A stretch of DNA of 64,000 nt from contig NW_004797297.1 in the NCBI RefSeq assembly GCF_000002075.1, positions 333,930-397,929 on the forward strand. The letters are read 5' to 3'. The notes below the pieces were generated by a model, which saw nothing but the letters and a program-made list of their open reading frames with translations, was not told the origin of the DNA and did no database searches. Positions 58,280-64,000 of the stretch are shown in pieces. Position numbers and translations under genes: made by a program. Source of the stretch: Aplysia californica. Lineage: Eukaryota. Numbering within the stretch: position 1 is the stretch's first letter; each line of letters starts with the position of its first letter.

Positions 58280-60965
58280 AGGGGGAGAGAGCAGATAGAG
58301 AGGAAGGGAGAGAGGGACACATGGCACAGTATGACCACGAGTGTATGCCAACTACCTTTTTAGGCCGAGGACAAATGTGTAGGCTAAGGACGTGTTTATT
58401 GGATAGGTCACAGCCGTGTTCAGCGATAGATCAAGCCTACACACTTCAGCTGGGTGAAGGCCTATACTAGGGAATGTGCTGTTGTGTGAGAAGACACGTC
58501 TCTGTATTTTTGCCATGGGTGTCAGAATACTTCTTCTTTAGCTATACTATGTTAATGTAGTATGGCTGCACACTATGCCATTATTTGCTGGTGCTTTGCA
58601 AAGTTAGGTCTAGATGACGTTGTAGTAGCAGAGAGAGTGGATCATGACTTAGAAAAAGAAGCGGAGAGGTTTTTAGGTCAAGGAAGAAAAGACTGATCCT
58701 TGCAGAGGTAGAGTAAAAATCAGTGTCACAAACCGAAGTCTGCAAAACGTTTAGGCAGCCATGAATCAATCCAACACACATGTAAGTGTGACATAAGGAA
58801 CAAAGTAGATGTAAAAATCTGACCCAATAATTGTCTGCGTGTTTCCCTTGATGATGACATGGCTTGAAATTCTTACATAAAAAGATTTCCGCATTCTGAC
58901 GGTTAAATAAAAAACAAATTGTAAAAAATATGTGTGTGCTAGACTGTTGCAATTTGTATTTTTAGAAGGCATAGATTGTGGATTTTAAAGTATAGAAAGT
59001 GAAAGGTCCGTGTTATTGCACATCTTGAAATCCCTGAGAGAATTTTCTTTTGTGCTGGGGGAACACATTAATTTGAGAATGGAAGTTTGAGTGAATAAAA
59101 CACTACCTGTAGTTTAATATGGAAGCTATTTTATATATTTTTTAAAGGGTCTTTGTACTCTTCTTTCTTGTCACTGCTGGCAGCTACAAAGAACATTTCT
59201 TCCTGGGGACACTATTGAATATATCTGAAATTGTAAATCTCCATTTACACTCCTGCCTGAATTTATCTGTAATTTTTCTATCTTTTCTTGCAACTGTTGT
59301 CGTGTGCGTTGTTATTTTATCTTTTTAAAACACTTTTCAGCCTCTGATTTCAAGGTGTGAAGTGATGAAAGCTATTACTGCTGTTAGCAGTACTGTATAA
59401 CGTATTTAGTAAAATGTCTGCTTTTGTCATTTGATCAGACCCCAGAATTTAAGGAATAGAGCAGAAGGATGAGCCCTTCGATTAAAATGTTGTAGTTGTT
59501 AGCAACTTTGGCTTTTATCGATGCTGTCTTTGCTGTGTTGTTGTTTTTGGGTTTTTAAAAATAATGCTCAAGGTGAAAAGATACACAACTGTACTGTAAT
59601 AAGTTGCAAAACAAACAGCACAAGAAAGATTTGTATTTTTAAACATTGCTACTGGGCATGACTTGCTCATCACTCTACTCTATGCTGACATAATGCAGCT
59701 AACATTGTTGCATTTTTCTGATCCCCCAGTCTCGTATGATTCTTTCTCCTTCCCATCAGCGCGGCCCGCTCAGCCAAGAAGCTGGTGGTCGTGAGAGATG
59801 ATTTTCAACCTCCCCTTGTATTTCTTGTCATTTTGGTCAAAAAGCCATGTTTACGTCAATAAATTTGCATCTTCTGGTTATATGATACCCCTGAAAAAAC
59901 TTGGGTTTGTTCTCTATTTGCATGGGTGTGTGTTTACAAGTTTTTGTGAATGTCCATTCAAATTTAAGAATGTTATGACATCTCAAAGTGCAGACATTTC
60001 ACAATTTTAAAAATAAAGCGTTTTTCTGACACTTCAGATGTTCATAACTTTGTTAAAAATGAAGCTATATATATATATATATATATATGGTATTAAAATG
60101 TTCAGAATAATAAATTCTATAAGGTGGTGCAGTTAACTATGAAATCAGAGGGCTTTGAAATTTCAGTCTGTGGTACCTACATTAAGACAATTACAATACA
60201 AAAAAAATAAATTATTATTAATACATATTATGAACACAGTGCATTCTTAAAAATTCATTGACATTTATTCCGTAAAACTGTGGACATTTCACAATTTCTT
60301 ATTAAATAGTATGTTGGTCATTTCTCTAATGTAAAAAGCCCGATTTGATTCATCAAAATGTTCTGTTTAGGTTGTTTGTTACAGGAGGAGGAAAAGAGTG
60401 TCTCCGGCAGTGCTGAACTTTGGAGAATAGCAAAAAATAGCTCATATTGCTTGTACTTGAATGTGGCAAAATCCAGTTTTTCTTTAATATAAATACTTTT
60501 CCACTGTGTAATATCGTAGCACAAATGCTCTAAAAAAAAAAAAAAGTAAAGGAATGCACTAACAAAGTTCCCAAATTACATTGTCTCCAACTCCGAAGAT
60601 AGTAACAATGAAATCTATTCTTCCTGTAGCTGACTGTTTGCAATAGAAAACACTAAATGGTGAGGACATTCATTAATCACAGGACACACTGAGCCATCAT
60701 GTCTCAGACTGTCTCAAGTTCACATTTCAGAACAGATAATTACCCAGGACCTCCGTACTCTGATAGTGATAAGGCCCAAATGCATAAACCATTCCTGTCC
60801 CTGAAACTGATCACAATCTTTGATAGAAAAGGTCAGACCCAGTCAATACGATATTTCAAAATTAGAAATAAGGCACTGCCAAGCCCAGCATTCAGCATGT
60901 CAACGCTACTTTTATTTATCGGTAATATTATTTACATAAACTATTTACAACGGTATTTGACAACA

Positions 60966-61094
60966 TCAATTTTTTTCGAGAGATGCAGAAAACAACTGGA
61001 AAATCCGTTCCATTTTGGTGGGTGTGAGTTCCATCTCAGAGAGCTCATCCTTGATCTTGTCCTTCTTGGCTCCAACAACTCCGATAGCTCGCCG
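60966..61094 (-). CDS. CDCA8: Borealin/CDCA8-like gene, probable last exon
   Basis: ctactttcag|RRAIGVVGAKKDKIKDELSEMELTPTKMERIFQLFSASLEKN*; in phase with the upstream exon; AATAAA ~50 nt past the stop (60911-60916). Confidence 0.55.
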   Translation of the reverse strand, partial: RRAIGVVGAKKDKIKDELSEMELTPTKMERIFQLFSASLEKN

Positions 61095-61760
61095 CTGAAA
61101 GTAGATGATGTTAACAATAACTGGCTTCATGTAAGACAAGATATCAGCTCTGTATGTCCTAACTCGATTAAGAAATGAAAATACAAATACAATGCTATAC
61201 AATGTATAGGGCTTGGACACACTTCTGCAACATAAGAAAAATATGAAAAGCATCCTTCAAATTCAAATTAAATGTAGAAACTCTGTTATGGTGTTTTTAG
61301 CTCACTTCATAGTAAAAGTACAACTTGTTTGTCTCTCATTCAATAGGTCCCGGTGGCACGTGGCAAATTAAAAGAGCAAAATTTTTGTTGCACCTTCTCC
61401 TAATTCGAAATCTGTAGGACCAACAGATTTTCTTCAGTTCAACCAGGTTTTTGGTTTCCAAAAGTGAAATTTGATGCGCAAGTATGGCACCTCTCTGGCC
61501 CACAATCGACACACACATGTATTTTCATTTGTTTCTTCTGTTTTGCACTACTTTGGGGTTGATAGTGAAGATTTAGATGACATAACCCTCAAAATTCATT
61601 TTGATTTAGATAGGAGCCTTTCAGCGAATTGATAGGTTTTTTCCGAGACAAAGAAAAAAACCCAGGGGATTCTGATTTCTTTTGGTTTACTGCTGTTTTC
61701 GGACTGACCGTGTACACTTTAAACGGATTCCACTGTATATTGATAAATTTGCTTTCTCAC

Positions 61761-61851
61761 CCTGTTGTCCACTTGAACAGGACTTCCGGCAATGGACATG
61801 AGCCTTTCACCAGGTTTCATCTCACGAATGTTGTCAGGTGTTGAAGGCAAA
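61761..61851 (-). CDS. CDCA8: Borealin/CDCA8-like gene, penultimate exon (gene continues beyond the window)
   Basis: Strong splice sites (cctcccctctcag|..|gtgaga); LPSTPDNIREMKPGERLMSIAGSPV matches the Borealin C-terminal LP.TP..R..KPGE...S..GSP motif. Confidence 0.7.
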
Positions 61852-62051
61852 CTGAGAGGGGAGGAACATAGAAAAAGCATTGGTTAAACCTGCTGAAAGT
61901 TATATATTTTAGGGGTTGGTACAAAAAATAGTTCAACGTATTTTAAAAAAACAAAAAAACCCAGCTTGATAGCTCATTACCTTCAAAGAGGTGAAGAAGT
62001 TGAAATAGTTAATTCTTTGATTTTGGTAATTAAGACTAGTGCCCCCCCCCC

Positions 62052-62461
62052 CCCCATGGACAGTGCCACTGACTGAAGTGTCTTTACGCCATTCCCAAAG
62101 GGGGGACATTTTTTGTTCTTATGCACAGTAGAATTGTAAATGGGCTGATTCAACAATGTCATGCTCATAACTGTGCCTGAACGACAACAGGGAACTGCTG
62201 CTTTTTCTGTCCTAATCCTTACTATTGTCATTTTCCTCTACTTTTGTGTGTTTGTCACACTCTTGTGACCCACTATTTCCGGGGTGCCTTGAAAGTCAAA
62301 ACAGACTTTGTGCTGTTAAAGTAAGCTAGAAATTCTTAGAAAGGTGAGCGGAGTAAGCCCGATTCCCAGTAAAGACTTCTCTGTTGAGATCCACCCCTTG
62401 GCGGTCATATGACATTATCATTTATGCTGTTGCGAGCGTCGTAAAACCTCTACTAAATAAA
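62052..62461 (+). mobile_element. Family B copy (opposite orientation)
   Basis: Reverse complement of 30452-30851. Confidence 0.85.
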
Positions 62462-63134
62462 ATAAGATTAGTCATGAAACACAAATGTAATATAACAAAA
62501 AGATTTTAATCTGCAGCTAAGAATGTAGCCCAGATCATTGTAAAAAATCGGACAAGAACTTTTCACTGTACTCGATAATGACACAAAAATGGTGTGATGA
62601 CAGGCTACAGCCCTCTTTAACTTTAAGCGTCCAAAAATGTTCTACATGTTAAAACTTAATGTTTGCTTTTTATTTGATTTGAAGTCATTGTCTAACAAAA
62701 TTAGACAAGAGTACAGGCCAGATATTATACTTGGCTTTTGAAGAAGGGTGACATATAATAAAAGCTACATGTAGCCCCAATCAGCACTTCCACTAGGCGA
62801 GATACAGCCTCAACTCAATAAGCCAATCTCACATCTAAGCTAATTGGGTTACAAAACCTTATTAACCATTTAAGACATGGATCAATATTGCGCGGGAGCT
62901 GCGTTTTAATCGCCGAACGCGTGACACTGCTGTGGTATGCAATTCTGAGGTCTATGAGAGTCCAACTAATTCTACTGAAAATGAGGCTATAGCGAAAGTA
63001 GAAATTATCTTTCTTTGAATTTTTGAATGGTCAACATTGACCAAGAAATTGCGCGCGAGTGAATTTTTAAAGTAGCCTATATGATGAAATAGAGGGTGCA
63101 ATGGAGTTGAAACTTGGGTCTGTCCAAGGAAACT

Positions 63135-63139
<5 letters not shown>

Positions 63140-63179
<40 letters not shown>
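63140..63179. repeat. (TA)n microsatellite
   Basis: Seen directly. Confidence 0.95.
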
Positions 63180-63185
<6 letters not shown>

Positions 63186-63857
63186 AAAATTCAGTCCGTG
63201 AATCACCGAACAATGACACGTTGAAGGCTCATTTCTTGGTTCAGGCCTAGCCTGCCGTAATATCATATTTTTAAGTCACTAGAGTTGTTTATTTTTTTAA
63301 TTTGACGAAATAGATGGGTAATGCATAAAAACTTGATAGACACAACCATAATGGGAGAAATAAATTAAAATAACTTGCCCAGTGTACCGCAATGGGAACT
63401 GGCTCATTGGAAGCAGTATTTTAAAAAGAAAATTTCTTTTAAATAAATTTTTTTAAAAGCATACAATATTTTTCAGACTATCTCCCTTTTCCAGGATTTC
63501 GGGACATGCATTTGGACAAATCTCCAGGAGCTAAATAGTTCATGAACAACCCCCCCCCCCCCATGCTTATTCGGGATACCTTAGCCCACATAACCAAACA
63601 CTCCTCTGCTCAGAACCTGATAAGCTTATTAAAGGTTACAACGCTACCAGTAATCTTGATCTAGTCTGCTTTGTCTTAGCCTCTTAGTAGCTTTATTATC
63701 ACTGAGTAGAATCTAGTAGACCTGCATGTGAGCCTCAACCAGATTGTCTGAAAATTTTGTGCATCCCCCCCCCCGAAAGAGCTTTTGTAGGTGTCATAAA
63801 AGGAAGGACTTCCGAGTAACGAGCGACCACCCCAACAAACACAATATAAAGAAGAGA

Positions 63858-63883
63858 CCTAACCCTAACCCAAACCCTAGCCC
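63858..63883. repeat. Short degenerate (CCCTAA)n tract
   Basis: cctaaccctaacccaaaccctagccc. Confidence 0.6.
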
Positions 63884-64000
63884 CAAAAAAGAACCTGCAA
63901 CGGCACTCATGTAAAAAGGCCAGCACAAGTCCAAAATGAAAATAAATTTTAAAAACCCTCAAAAACAAAAAGGAGCAAAATATGGCCTATACTACTTAGC

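Noticed and set aside
60699-61178. 159-aa plus-strand ORF
   Set aside because: Antisense to the Borealin-like last exon and 3' UTR; no recognisable domain
63858-63883. Telomere
   Set aside because: Only about four degenerate units embedded in repeat-like intronic DNA

Overview
Eukaryotic (animal) genomic DNA with four assembly gaps. It is probably lophotrochozoan and most likely molluscan; this is inferred from the repeat content and was not tested. The main feature is a complete 21-coding-exon AP-1 complex gamma-adaptin gene (AP1G1) on the minus strand: ATG at 38815, TAA at 16046-16044, 2487 nt / 828 aa, all introns GT-AG and in phase, probably with a ~7 kb 3' UTR. Head-to-head with it is a plus-strand gene with one 288-codon coding exon encoding a single C2H2 finger plus an acidic tail (56165-57031). 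Convergent with that gene are the last two exons of a Borealin/CDCA8-like gene on the minus strand (61851-60966). A CpG-rich promoter-like region of an unidentified transcript lies at ~2.6-3.8 kb. Introns and intergenic DNA are packed with mobile elements: tRNA-derived SINEs, RTE and I/Ingi-like LINE 3' ends, pogo/Tigger-like MITEs, a TTAA-flanked MITE, a Harbinger transposase fragment and three DNA elements with 6-bp TSDs. The most notable observations are: (i) a modular retroposon group (~19 copies, three architectures) sharing one hairpin-forming 3' tail, with apparent compensatory substitutions, tail-target microhomology and strong orientation bias; (ii) a candidate 27-nt in-frame microexon in the AP1G1 intron that hosts the vertebrate neural microexon; (iii) inverted repeat pairs bracketing the putative bidirectional promoter. 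All calls were made by eye, with no database searches.
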